From Lingula anatina (taxonomy: Eukaryota; Animalia; Brachiopoda): a DNA stretch of 64,000 bases. Positions 28,401 through 41,726 of this stretch are shown here, piece by piece (within the stretch, counting starts at the first letter, position 1; each line of letters starts with the position of its first letter). Under the pieces are notes generated by a model. That model was not told the origin of the DNA. It made no database searches and saw only the letters and a program-made list of their open reading frames with translations. The translations under genes and the position numbers were made by a program. The stretch spans positions 4,960,001-5,024,000 of the forward strand of contig CM120649.1 in the NCBI GenBank assembly GCA_051362555.1, written 5' to 3'.

Positions 28401-29415
28401 AAACGTGTATGTATCATCGACGTTAGTATAACTATAAGCAAAGTCTAACGCTATAACTACTGGACACTAATGATATACAGAATACCTATGGACTCTATAG
28501 AGAGTGGTCAAAATAATTACCTGAATAAGAACTTTCTCCTCCGACACTTCTTTCGCTTAATTTCCTATCTCTTTTGGAAGTATGACCACTTACAACGACA
28601 TCAGGGGTGTTAACCTTGCCATTTGCGCAAACCTCGTCATCTTTTACATCAAACCCTTTGTTGTCATAACCGATTAGTGATATACCGTTGTTGATATAAA
28701 ATGGATCAATGCTGTCACCATCTACGGGAGCGCTGTTTTCATTTGCCAGTTTAGTGCTGACGGAATGCACGTGGCCATTTTCTGTAACGTGGCTCATTTC
28801 GTCTGAAGCCGACATAGTGGCGCTCAGTGGGTTTTGTTTCGATGCAAGGCTTTTGGTTTTCGGGATTTGGTCATTGTCACAAGATCCGTTTCCAACAATT
28901 AACAGGTTTTGAGAAAGACTGTTGGGCACACTGCCTATAATACTGGCACTTTCTTGTGCTGCTAACTTAGAGTTGACATTTGAACCATGAATGATAATAC
29001 TGGAATCAGTTTTGGCATCGTTATTTGTATTGTTAATTAATCCGCCATCGGCACATCCGTCTTGTAGTGATTCTAGAACAGTATTCGGTGACGCGTCCAC
29101 CACGTCGGCACCATTGCTCACATGCTCTTTGCAGATATCGCTGACGTCACTGACATCATGGCCGCCGTTAATATCTGGTATGACACATTCCTTCTCAAGC
29201 TCATTGTTGCCATTGACATTTGTCACAACACATTCATTAATTGACACATTTGTTTTCAGATCGTTTTCATGGTTTTCGTTTTCCGTCGGTTGTTCTTCGG
29301 GGTGAGACATACTCTGTAATGGAATTGCACCTACATGGTGAGGATTTTCTTCCGAGATATGATCTTGTTGGTGGAGACTAGTCTGATAATGAGATCCGTT
29401 CAGGTGATTAGCCAT
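25428..29415 (-). CDS. SLC16/MCT transporter-like, tandem copy E, with a long low-complexity N-terminus (about 751 aa)
   Basis: Exons 29415-28521 (298-aa N/S/D/H-rich hydrophilic segment, MANHLNGS...), 28072-27800, 27328-26531, 26060-25938, 25594-25428. GT-AG, phase-1 introns. Confidence 0.9.
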
Positions 29416-31148
29416 CGTACATTCGTATCTTGGGCCTGCTTCTTCTTTACAAAATATGATGCTTGGTAGTGTTCCAAACACTTGCTGTTAATTCGCTAAA
29501 TTCTTCTCTGTGTGACATGTAGGGTTTATCACCGGTGTTTTTACCACTTTTGAAACATCAGTTCAGCTGACGCAAGGCGTACTGTAATCCAGGTTTTCCG
29601 TCTGAAAAGAGAAAAAATCAAAACAAGATGTATGTACATGTACCCGGTACTTGTCAACCGTCCCTTGGAGTTTGTACTCTGTATATGGAACGCCGGTGAA
29701 AAATAATGAACTACGATTCCCTGCAGACAAACTCTCCTGCTTCAACGAGTTTTCATCAGCTAACGGAGAAGTTTTTTTAAAGAATTTATTACGAAATACA
29801 TATATGTATTTGTAGTTAAATAGTCACGTGTAACACGGACAAAGTGAAGACCCTTCGTTTCCTAACCACTAACGCACACCTGTCGAGCATGTTTGGTCAT
29901 TTCGGTTCAGAGACGATGTAATCCAATGTGTGTTTACAAACGTGGTTGTTTATATTGATGCGGGGCCTGATTGCGTTTTCAGTTCGTCGAATACAAAAAA
30001 AAGTCGGGGTGTCTTTATTCTTTTCATCAGCTAAAATCCACCCACAAAGTGTGCAGCCACAGTTCTTTTCACGACCTTTTTCACAGACGACATCTTTCAC
30101 CATATTTACAATCGCAGTTGGTGTGAAAATTGATAAAAGCGTCTCTTTCACGTTACCTTGCGTGCTGAACTTCGCAGATCCTCGCATTACAATCGATGTG
30201 TGAGGTTTGAGAAGGAAAAGTGGCATTAAAAGTAAATTATAAAAGGCAAATTTCCCGCATAAAAGTTCACAATGTATAATGTATATATGAGCCCTATCAT
30301 TTTAGCCTCCCACACCTAAAAGATGTATGAGACACACATCCCTTTTCTCACATGTAGCATAAAATTCCTGTCATACGAAACAAAACCTGTTGATGTTACT
30401 CTTCGACCATGTTTTTCAGGATCCATTATCAATTTCTTCTTGGTCAATCATGCTGCTGAATACAGGTTTAGATTAGGACGTATTATGCAGGTCTTGAATA
30501 TTTCATAATAAATATTGTAAACCGCCAGCCTGTAGCTGTTTGTTCTACATGTACGGTACATGATTCATCAATGTAAATTTTCCACCTAACATGCAGAAAA
30601 GCAGAATTAAACTGACCACTGACGTACATGTATATACATCGTAATATGTAATGCTTGTGTTTATACGAAGGAACAATATGAACAATGCTCGTGCTAGCAC
30701 ATACATGTTCCCGCGGGTACCATCTACATGTAGGTTGGACTAAGTAGCCGTCTTTAATTTCTCACAAGCCCCCACATTGAAATTTGCAGCCAGTGCAACC
30801 CATTTACAATTTAAAAAAAAAGCAAGTATAATTAAGCCAGATACATGCATATGTTTGTGAGGAGTGTTTGAAACACATACGAACTGCAGTCGGGAACGGT
30901 TCAACTTGCACTTGACTGCTAATAATCATAAAACAATTTAACTAGCTCTTGTGTGAGGCATCATTAAAAGACCTTTCAGTGCAACATGCATATGCGTACA
31001 GCACTCTTATGTTAAAATAGTCGATAAACTGTGAATAATAAACATTACTTACTCATTTCATTTTTGTTCGGTTCCTTTGTTACTGAAAATGACTATCCTC
31101 ATACAACGCCTTTGCGATTTTGGCAAACAGTCGCCTGATTGCGAGCTA

Positions 31149-31404
31149 GGGCTCATTCCCAATGCAACTATCAGTTTACGTAGGTCGATCCAACTCCGGG
31201 AGGACTCTTGCTGAATGCAACCGAATAAACAGATGGACGTCTCCTCTTGTTTCCAACGTAATACTTTAATTACCAGTTTTTTTCTGTATTTTGCTTAACC
31301 CCAGAAGGAGGTGTGTTCATTTATTAACCCGGTGACATTCAGCGAGAGTCCCCGTGGAGTTGGATCGATCGACGTAGACCGATAGTTTCATTGGGATTGA
31401 GCCC
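31149..31404. mobile_element. PIF/Harbinger-like MITE
   Basis: About 80-bp imperfect inverted arms (gggctcattcccaatgcaactatc...gtcgatccaactcc / ggagttggatcga...gatagtttcattgggattgagccc) with a CTA 3-bp duplication on both sides. Related arms occur at about 34817-34868 and 56349-56600. Confidence 0.75.
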
Positions 31405-34400
31405 CTAACCTTCATCTGAATGGATAGTTCTTAAAACTGGACAAAGTAATATTGGGTTGGGACGATCTAATGACGTCACCAGTGAAAATAGTTCATTCAG
31501 CGTGGCCAGGATCACTGTCCATTGTCACACAATCTGGGTGAACGCTTTCACCATCACACCTGAGATGAAAGTAAAATTTGAAAGCTCTTTCGTCGCCCTA
31601 TCATTACCATTACGTAAGCCTGAAACTGCTACTGTATTGCATAACGAAGACTATAATTATCTTCGATGAGGGAGCTCGGTAATTCAATTTTGGGAACAAT
31701 TCATAGTCTCTTGAAGATGGAATATTAATAGTCTAGCTCTTGTGTAAAGATGGTCAAAGACTGTGACTTAATTATTATAACAGGAGCTGCCAATTAACGG
31801 TTTTGGCTGTAAGTAATAGTTCTCACACCACGCCTTGTAATAATACAGTAGGTAAAAACACGATTACCATCGTCGGTAACAATGCTCATTCTTAACCAAG
31901 GGTTTTGCATTTCTCTATTATGCAGTGTTATTGTGTTTGGTGAGGCATAGGGGGAGTAATTGAGGCTTAACGGGCGAATTGCTACCGCGAAACTGCCAAT
32001 GAAATGAATTTTGATTGCGTTTTTTGTACCTTTATCTTCATCGTATAGACTGCATTAGATTTTTGATTAACGGTCCAGGTGAAATTTTTAACAAAATCCT
32101 TCTTAAAGTTTTATTTCTTTTTAAGTTTTCTTTCGTCCATTATTTTAACCTGACCATATCTTAGAATGATCTTATTAAGTATCTTAGAAAAAATTATTTT
32201 AAATGATTTTATTGTGTATCACGTGAACGATTTTATCTGTGTACTTTTCATCCGCCTGGTGGCAATAAAATAAATGAATAAATAAATAAATAGGTTAATT
32301 AAATATTCACTCGGCCAAAACTTCGTGATAATCACAACGCGCTTCCTTGTGTGATCTCCAGTTCAAATTTTCTTACAGCCCCCTCCGTTACGTAAACTGC
32401 ACAACGTAACGTGTCATAGCATCATGTTGGAGTCAAGGGGCTCAAAAAGCCACTAGACCTACTTGATGAAGATGAAATAAATTAATAAATAGATAAATGA
32501 ATAAATATAAAACGCTTGCACCTTTAAGCTTAAATGTTGTGGATCTTTTTGCACATTCCTGTGTAAAAACAACAATATGTTTTCAAAACAACTTTCGGAA
32601 TATTTTTACTTTCTCACACATAACACACGGTCTGTTTATGACAGTCATTTGAGGTGCAAAGACAACCCTCGGACGGTTTAATTTGACAAAAATATATTGC
32701 TTATTTTCGAAACTAAACTGAGGTACCTTTGCACCGAATGCCACGGCGTCGTGACGTTCGCTCATTTTTCACGCGTTGTCACTCGAGGGATAGCTGTGTC
32801 GGCGAGCCACGGCGACTCGAATTACTGGAACCCGTTGCACCTAATGTACTTGTTAACCCAGAAGGAGATGTATACCTTAAGATCCAAGATTTTGTCCACT
32901 TCGAAACAAGAAGAAATTCAATAATGTAAAGTTTAGATTAGTTGGACATGTTACCTATTTACACATGCAGTATTTCGTGTATGTGTTATCTTTCTTCGTC
33001 AGATAATCTGAAAATTTTCATTCAAAAATATGTTTTAAATAGATAACTTTTTTCTTTTTTTTTTCTTTCTTTTCTTGTTTGATTTTCGATTCATTTATTC
33101 TTAACTTAAGTGCCTGTGTGTGAAACTGAATCCTGAAAACAACAACCAAAAAAATCTATGCGAGGGTATGAGTTCTAATGCCAAAGTTTCTGACAGGTCA
33201 CACGACCCTGCGAGTTCGTCGAGGTCACCACAGTCCTTTCTGTTGACTTATCAAAGTTGTTCTTCCAAGTCCTGGTTTTCCGCTAACACAAACAGGTCAA
33301 GGCATTGAGAGTGCTCAGGGTCCGGTGGAACAAAATAATTTTGGTCCGAGAAATTGGCTTTAACATTTACACCATAATTTACATTGCTGTCGTTGAAATT
33401 TTAATTTTGAATTTTTAATATTTTAATTTTTAATTTTTAATAATTAAAAAAAAATATAGTACTTCACTTGAATTTTCTTGTAATAAAATGAGGCGCGACA
33501 TTCCATTTGATAGGCCTCCTAAGCCAACTGTTTTGGAATATGACCAATTTTCGGGCTTGAGTCCTTTTGTGACATTCCCCCCCCCCCCCCCCCATTCAAA
33601 AAAATAAGAGGTGAAAAACATTCTACATAAATTAGGCGGAAGGCAGACTTTAAGCGTCTTTAATCATCCACTGATCCTGCGTGTAAAATGAAAATAAACC
33701 AAGATTGGCCTAATACGCATTGATAGCGACAAGACGTACGCGCCTAAAAACTTTTAAATGGTAAAAGGGGTGACACTTTTAGTCAATATGTATGTATAGC
33801 TAAAAAAAACCAAGCAACTGCTGTAAATAATAGACCAGGTGGAAATTATCAAAACTTCGTCATTTAAAATATCGTCTGTGAAAGCATCCCTGACAACGCA
33901 ATAAATCATAATGAAAAAATAAAGAAAGACAATGAAGAAAATGACAAAGAGTTGTTTTGCTTCCCTATTCGCATAATAACGTTTGTTTCTTATACACAAC
34001 AACGACAAACAATCAGTCATTCAATTCACGAAGAAAACCCATTCCTACACTACAAATCATGGGACCCTCATTATTCTAAACCAAGGATAAGTGACAGAAT
34101 ATTAATCATTGATGTGACTTTGAAACAGCGCGACAAGTTTTTTCGCCATTTTTGCTTATTTTCTTTATTTAGTTGACAATAAGAGGCATAAGCCGAGGAT
34201 AAGGTAATTTGGGTACAATAGTAGAATTATCCAGGTGGTGCGCATCGTTAAAGCCAGTTCAAGTTACAGCGTCGAGTGCTGAGATGTCTTTCACTGCAGT
34301 CAGAAGATTTGACTTTTTACCATCTTTACATGTACCAGGTTTGAATATATAGTCGCTTAAAAATAAACTCAATAAACAACTTACTCAAACTCTTGTTTTT

Positions 34401-35529
34401 TTTTTTGTTTTTTTTTTTTACTTTTCCCACTGGGCAACTGTAATCAAATACACGCATATATCAATTTAGTCGTTTTTGTTGACAAGGCTAGATTAGACAA
34501 AATGTGTTTATTAATTGCATAATTTTAATTCCCCTTCTTAAAGTGACGGTAGTTTCTAACGTTAAGCAGCAGAGCCTCGTCGTTTACCGCTCAAATCTCA
34601 AACTGCAGTAAGGATCGATACATACAGCGTCCTTATAACAAATATTAGTTCCGTTAGAGGCGACATGGTATGATAAAAATTAATCGAAATGAAACCCAAT
34701 TTCATGTACTGTTAATTAGACCGAGATTGTCTAACATGTTTAAGAACAATTTCGGTATAAATTTTAAGTTATCTTGCTAAACATGACCCAGCAGAGAATA
34801 CATGTATGAAAACTTAGGGACCATTCCCATAACTCTATCGTACTAGCTGCATCGATCTAACTCCTCGGTGATTATTGTAAAATTGCATTCAGTTTAAACG
34901 GCTTTAATGTCCGGCACGCCCCCTCGTAACTTAAAGTACTTGAGTAAAGTCGGGAAAACTATGTGGTGCATAATGTTATTCATGTTGCTTTGAGAGGGGT
35001 ATGTGCCAGACAATTAAGCTGATAACATTGTCTGCGCCTTGGCGAGAGTCCTGCGAAATATCGATCGCCAGTACGATAAGTTTATGGGAACACAGACATA
35101 TACATGTATATATATATAACAGGCACAACCGGAATTACGAGAGCCAGTTGGGTGATCACAAACGGTTACGGGCTCAAGGTACTAAGTGTAAAACAGCTTT
35201 TAAAAATCTTTTACTTTAACACATAAACGACCTTGACCTGTCCAAAGTCTTATCCGTACACCAAAACAGCATGATTTTTTCAAGAACTTACCTGACGACC
35301 GTGCAGTTTTACAAATCTGGGCGACGTCACAAAACAACCGGCGACAGAAAATTGTTCTAAGCTTTCATATAAAAATGTAGGCTTAATTTGACCCAAGATA
35401 GTTCAGGAGTAGTTAACTTTAATGAATAATTGCATGCGTTGTATAGACACGGAACACGTCGCTTTAGTTACCGTCACAGACTGGTGATTATTTCACTCCT
35501 GAGACTTCCAACAGAGCAAATATGGATTA

Positions 35530-36016
35530 AACAAGAGCAAAGTCTTCAACCATGAAGTTGAGCCAACATTCGGTCTTCGGTTCTTGTGCGCAGCCACCCC
35601 TGGCCAAGCACTGTTCACGGGCTAAGAGGTATCACATTCAGCATGAGGGCGAAGAAAATTAATATGACCATGTAATCATATGGTTGACCAGGCGCTGTAT
35701 CATTCCTTGAGTGCGTAAACATTCCCACCGTGAAAATTGAGGAGGTAAGGTTGAACGCGCTTTGTCAAAGCAGGACATTGCCAATGCTCTTTTATCGTGG
35801 ATGTGTGCACAGTCGCAGCCAGCAAAAACAAATTAGGTTGCTTTCTGTGTGTGTGTGTCACTATGTGTGTGTCACTGTGTGTGTTCGAGTGTGTTGGAAT
35901 GCGTATAGATGTGATTTATTTTTTGAAATTTGGACTTTTTTTTGAGTATGTTTTAATGAACATAGAGACAAACTGATAAACGAAGAAGAAAAAATAACCT
36001 CCTCCTTGGAGGTAAT
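35530..36016 (+). mobile_element. Possible degenerate HINE-like element
   Basis: Begins aacaagag, has an internal GT-rich microsatellite and ends ataacctcctccttggaggtaa, similar to the 3' hairpin of the element at 6196-6429. Confidence 0.35.
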
Positions 36017-39000
36017 TACATAATGTAGCAGAAAAGCCCGATAGATATTTTACTCACACAGCTGTAGAAAAGGATGCATTTTCTTAATACTTTAGTTTGA
36101 AAGAAGAGCTTATCAAGTTTTTTTTCCTAACTCTTTCTAGAAAAAGAAAAAGGCAGTTTTGCTACAAACTGTCCTTATAGCAAGCATCCATAGCAACAAC
36201 ATACTGGTACATGAACTATATAATAAAGGCCATAACTGTATGTATTGTTAAGAAGTTTGCTCCACCTATATTTATAGTGGAATACCTGTAACCACCAGTG
36301 TTTTCCACACGACTTTTAACTGTTTTTACGCTGTTTCCACAGGTCTAACAAATGTCCCAAAATGTCATACATATTATGAACAAAAAAGTCGACGTATTGC
36401 GCGTTTACAAACATACAACCATAATCCCTGTCTCCGCTACCGTCTGGAAACTGTAGCATAAAATTTTCGGCTTGCTGGTTATTTGGACCACCACTTTCCT
36501 AGAATCCACTGGTCCTAATCAGGATACACATTTCAATATGACTGGACGTTTTCCCCTTTTAGTATTAATATTAGTAATAACAGGACTTTGGTTTCCTCAA
36601 ACACTTGTTTGTGTACCTGTACCATCATCAAGTAACAGATACATTACATAAAAATTTATTCAAATCAAAAGGTTATTTGAAAACGTTTAGAAAAAAAAAC
36701 TTATTTACATGTCAGATCCCTTAATTTCATACATTCTAAAAAATCTACTGACCCAGAACAAAAGTTTACCGGCAGCTGGCTTGGGACCTGTTGGTAACGT
36801 CGCAGTTAGTACGACATCTACATGCATATACTATTCAAAATATCGTTTTCGTTAGACTTATGGGTAAATATACTGTGTTTGCCCTTTTTAGTTGTTTATT
36901 ATACAGGCGCATGCAACAATAGTCGAGTTTTAGAGGACTACTTCGCTGCGAGTAGAATTACATAGCGTGTTAGTATTTTGCCGTTGAAAGTAAGATGGCG
37001 AGTGTGTGTGTGTGTGTGTGTGTGTGTGGGGGGGGGGGGGGGAGGGGTTGATTTCCAACCATTTTGCATATTGTTTTACCATATCATGATAGTTTTGCAT
37101 TTCCTTATTTTTATCATATAATTTAGTATCATTAATATCAGGAATCGAATTCATTCTTTTATTTATTTGTTAATATTTGCCAAAGAAGGCTGCACCCCCC
37201 CTCCCTTTCTCCTCATGTGCGTACTTCTTATACCCCGCATTCCTTTTTGTCATTGAATGATAAACTGTTGAACTAACCGAGACGTCAACATGATGGATCG
37301 CAATGAAACTCGATATCAATCTCACGCTATTAGAACAACTGATAGGTCTAAAGTTAACGCTCAGCCTCGACGCAAACATTATAATGTGGTAATGAAAAAT
37401 ATTTTTAAATTTGAAATATGGTGCGAATAAACATATAGCACTATTGGCCTTTATACTGATTAAGTTTCGAGAAGTTCAACCATAATGGTTTTCGTTTACT
37501 ACTATGGATATGTGAAGAAATAAAGCAGTACAAGCTGTATCAAAGATCTGTTGATAGAACCAATATCTGATTGAAATATTTGATTGACAAAGGTCACCTG
37601 AACTTATTCTAGTTAGATGCTGAAAAACAAGGAAAGTTAAGAACAACATAGCGTCAAAAAGACGACATATTTTTGGACAAACGAATTTAGGAATAGAATA
37701 TTTCCCTGTCGAGGGGTTTTGTTTTCAGACACAGAAGAGTAAAGGATTATTTTTATATAATGTAATCATATAGGTGGCCTAGAATACGACCCCAAAATGT
37801 GAGATCTAGGTAACTCAATATTAAACGGTGTTGTCAGCGAAAAAATGATTTTTTAAAAACTATGAAGAAAAGGTGACATCTTTATACCAATCGGACGACA
37901 ACAGTGCCGAATGACATACACCGAAGTAACAGTTTTTGATGATATTTCGAAGGGCGCTGACATGACAATTTTCTGCGTTCCAGATTTTGCACGCCTTTTG
38001 TATTGGTAACATTTCATGCTTTTTTCATTATCAAGTTCCAAATAATTTGAAAGAGGAAATTATGTTTGTGTTGAAGATATTCTCTGAACTCAACGAAACC
38101 CTGGCTTTCGTTAAGTCAACAACAAAAGATCACTTTTTTTATGAATGCAACAAATTTGTGTACTGGTTTTCGACAAAGTTTAGAGGGCGTTCTGCTCCGT
38201 GCCAATTAAAAAGACTTTAAGCTCACGGATGACGAGATTGTACTTTTATGCAATCACGCCCTGTGCAAACGTGCTCAGCAGTTAGACTGAAAAGTGACAC
38301 AGATTCTTCTGCTAGGCCTAGATACTGAAATTAACTCAAACCATCCTCTTTTCCGGGGTTTATCTAAATACGTATACGGCATTGCCTCCTCCGATGCTGA
38401 ACAGCTCCTAAGACGTAAAAATGTCGATTGTTGACAGCGTGGAAAAACATTGCAGTAAAAACTCGGCCCGCCTTGAAAAGGCGGAATTCAACTGTGAAGA
38501 TGAGCAACAAAACCCTACATTATACGATCAAAACTAATTGAGCTATCGCTTACCTTGCTGTATTAGAAACTCCGAAATGCGATACGCTCGAATATCATCC
38601 CGTTTATTTTTTATTTGTTGTACGTATATATAACGTATCAGTCTGGTAGACCGACAACGATGTTCTTTGTTGAAGAGAAAGAAAGATTACAACAAATTTA
38701 CATAGGAAATAATAATAAATTAACAACTAACACACTTGTCTGTCTGTTCAAAGTGGCTCGGGAGAGAGAGAATCGAGAGTGGGGGAGGGGACACCCAGCG
38801 CAACTATAAAAAATATATATACTAAAAATAGGCCATCAACACAAATAATAATAATAATAAAAACACGGATCATTAGGATGGGTCTCACACCCTGAGTTTC
38901 AAAGAGTATCTGAAAAACCAGTCACATCGTGCGGATACTAAAGGCAAGCTTAAAGAAACTACCCGAAAATCGGGATAATGAGCGATCGTTAGAAACACTT

Positions 39001-40497
39001 GGTTGAGTCACATTTTCCACTAACGTATACATTTCTAGGCACGAGGCTCCTAATATTTCACTTTAAAGATCTACTTGTACGACGTACATGCTAGCCGCCA
39101 ATGTGTCTCCGAGAAGGGGAGATCATGACAGAATCAATGTTATTTAACATACCTTGTTAATACATTTGTGGGAGACTTCTGCGCACCCTAGGATCGACTT
39201 GGTAACAGCTGACACGAGGTGGTACTTACATGGTAGCTTTATTGGCATCATTCTCTGCGTGCAGTGGGAGGGCGTGCGCACAGCGGTGCCGTTGAATCAG
39301 CCGCTGCCTCCCTCCCTCCGTTTTTTGTGACCGGTCTTTAAAATGCTAATTATTTGTTGAGCGCACGATTGTTTTTACATCAATTAAGTCTCTAGGCTAC
39401 CAAAGTTATAAATGATTTATACGATCTCATTTTATTAATATACAAAGGGTACAATTTTGAAAGTCTTGATGGTTTTGATGTCTGCTGTTAAACATTTGTG
39501 TTGGAAACTGCGTTTTTTTCCTTACATCATTCACAAAATTAACTGTGACAGCCACCCTCTGTGCAGAAGTTGAATCTAATGAAATGGAAAGTTATATGCC
39601 GTTTGAATAATTGTTTGTTTGCCCCTGAAAATCCACCTAAAACAAAAATAAATGCTTGGCTGTATACTTACTACTTGGAAAAAATGAGTGTATTTCGTCT
39701 GTTTTATTTTTAACTTGTATTTTGTGCCTGTGGTCGGCCACTTGGATGGTATATCGTCATATTTCAATAACAGTGATCCAGGTAAGTCATGGGACATTCA
39801 TTTCTCGTGGGACATAACTTTTTCATTAGGCCCTAAGGTTCAGACTCATAGTATTTTCCTACAAGTTCGATATTTGCTGTTTATATCGGTGAGCAATGCC
39901 TCCAAAATTCGATTTTATTTTCTGGATTACTTGTAATTTTTTTCTCTGGTGGTTTTTAATGCTGTTGTCAGACATGCATTCCTCTTTGAGTGCTAAATGG
40001 GCCTCAACACGACGCAAGAATTGAAGTCGTCCGAAACCTATAGCTACAATCCCCTATGCGATTGTTCTCTGTTGTACGCTTGCTTGACAAACGTATGATC
40101 TCGGAGGTCATTCAACCTTGTGTGTACTGAATCTGGATTTTTTCCACTGTCTAGATGTATTGTGAGTCGACAAGACCAGGAGTTACACACAATTGACTAA
40201 CCTCTGTCAATACCGGGGATTGTTTTTACTAGATATTCAGAGGTATGTCTCTGGCTATTTTTTTTTCTGCTGTGAGACAGCGAGACTATCCGTATGGAAG
40301 CAATGTCACCACTCATTTGGCCTGTAGTAAAGGGTAATAGGCCTACATGTAGTTGATTTTTTTTTTCTGTACGATTGCTCACTACCCAATCATTGATTGT
40401 CCTATTGATGGTTGCCAATGGCCGCCAACCTGATCACTATTCAGTATTTTTCAAATCCTGGACGTTACTACTAGACCCCCTGCCCCCATTTTCTAAG

Positions 40498-40538
<41 letters not shown>

Positions 40539-41726
40539 TGCATATATTGCATATATTAATACTAATATAGACTCTACTGTCTGAACATATTGTATTCCCT
40601 TCTGATTCTGCGTCGTTAAATATTTGAAAATACTGTGTGTAGAAAGGCATAAAGAAAGGCCTAAATATAAACATATGGTAAAGTCTTAAAACTAGGATTC
40701 AGCTGCTGCATAAACTGTCATAATCATAGGTTCGCTGCATGTAATCATGAACCAAAACACTTAATTCATTTATAATATTGTTCCGCTTTTTTTTTTTTGT
40801 GTGTGTGCATGATAACGCCCTCTTTTTGTGTTACAAGTCTAAAAATAACACATATTTATCCCTACAACCAGGATAACGGTCCTCATTTAGTGAATAACAA
40901 CAACATACTTTTTTTCCACTGTCATTTTTTATATTCCTCTGACAAAGGCTTGACGGCAACATAAATTACGTTAAAACGATTTTCTGAGTGACTACTATAT
41001 GATGCTGTTGAACATTTCAAGATTTTGTATCCCAGTGCAGTGTATATTTATTCCTATATTTTCTACTTATTTCGAGTTCATTTATAACCCTGCCATTTTG
41101 TCTTTTCACACGAAGTAGGCCTACACTAAAAATAATATGTCACCGAGTAACTATATATCTTGACTTTTTTTCTGCCAAATGTGTCCATGAAATATAGCAC
41201 AGGTGTGTCTGTACATAAAAAAGGAAAGCTTTCTCCAGATATACGTGGGCGTCTTCAAGTCACTACATCGCTTTCGGTGGTCTATTCGAATCGAGGAGAC
41301 CGAAATACACTTTGACATAAGGGGCTTGTTCTCCATCATGGGCCTGAAGTTTTATTTTATTTTATTATTATTTCATTGCAATTCACTTGATTCTCTGCAT
41401 ATCTTTCCCATAGTCCGAAACAGTTCCTCAAAATAACTCGAAATATTTTCCAATTGATGACATTCGTTTCATAGATGAATATGAAAAACAACACTTGTTC
41501 AACAATTTTTCTCTCTTTTTAATAAAATGACATTTACATTATGCATCACGAAATAGACGAACCCGCCAGCAGGTTAAAAAATTGAAAGTCTTTAGCTTAT
41601 ATTTTCATCGACAAGATGCGTCTCAGCAGCGTCAATCTGATTTTTAGTTGCATTCGTTTAGAAATCTGTCTTGATTTTGTCGAGATTTTTACATTTACTT
41701 TTCCCTTTTTTCAAATCATGCCGGAT

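Noticed and set aside
29897-30226. 109-aa and 91-aa overlapping ORFs, and the GC-richer ORFs at 32583-32929
   Set aside because: No recognisable protein family and no consistent splice-phase partners.
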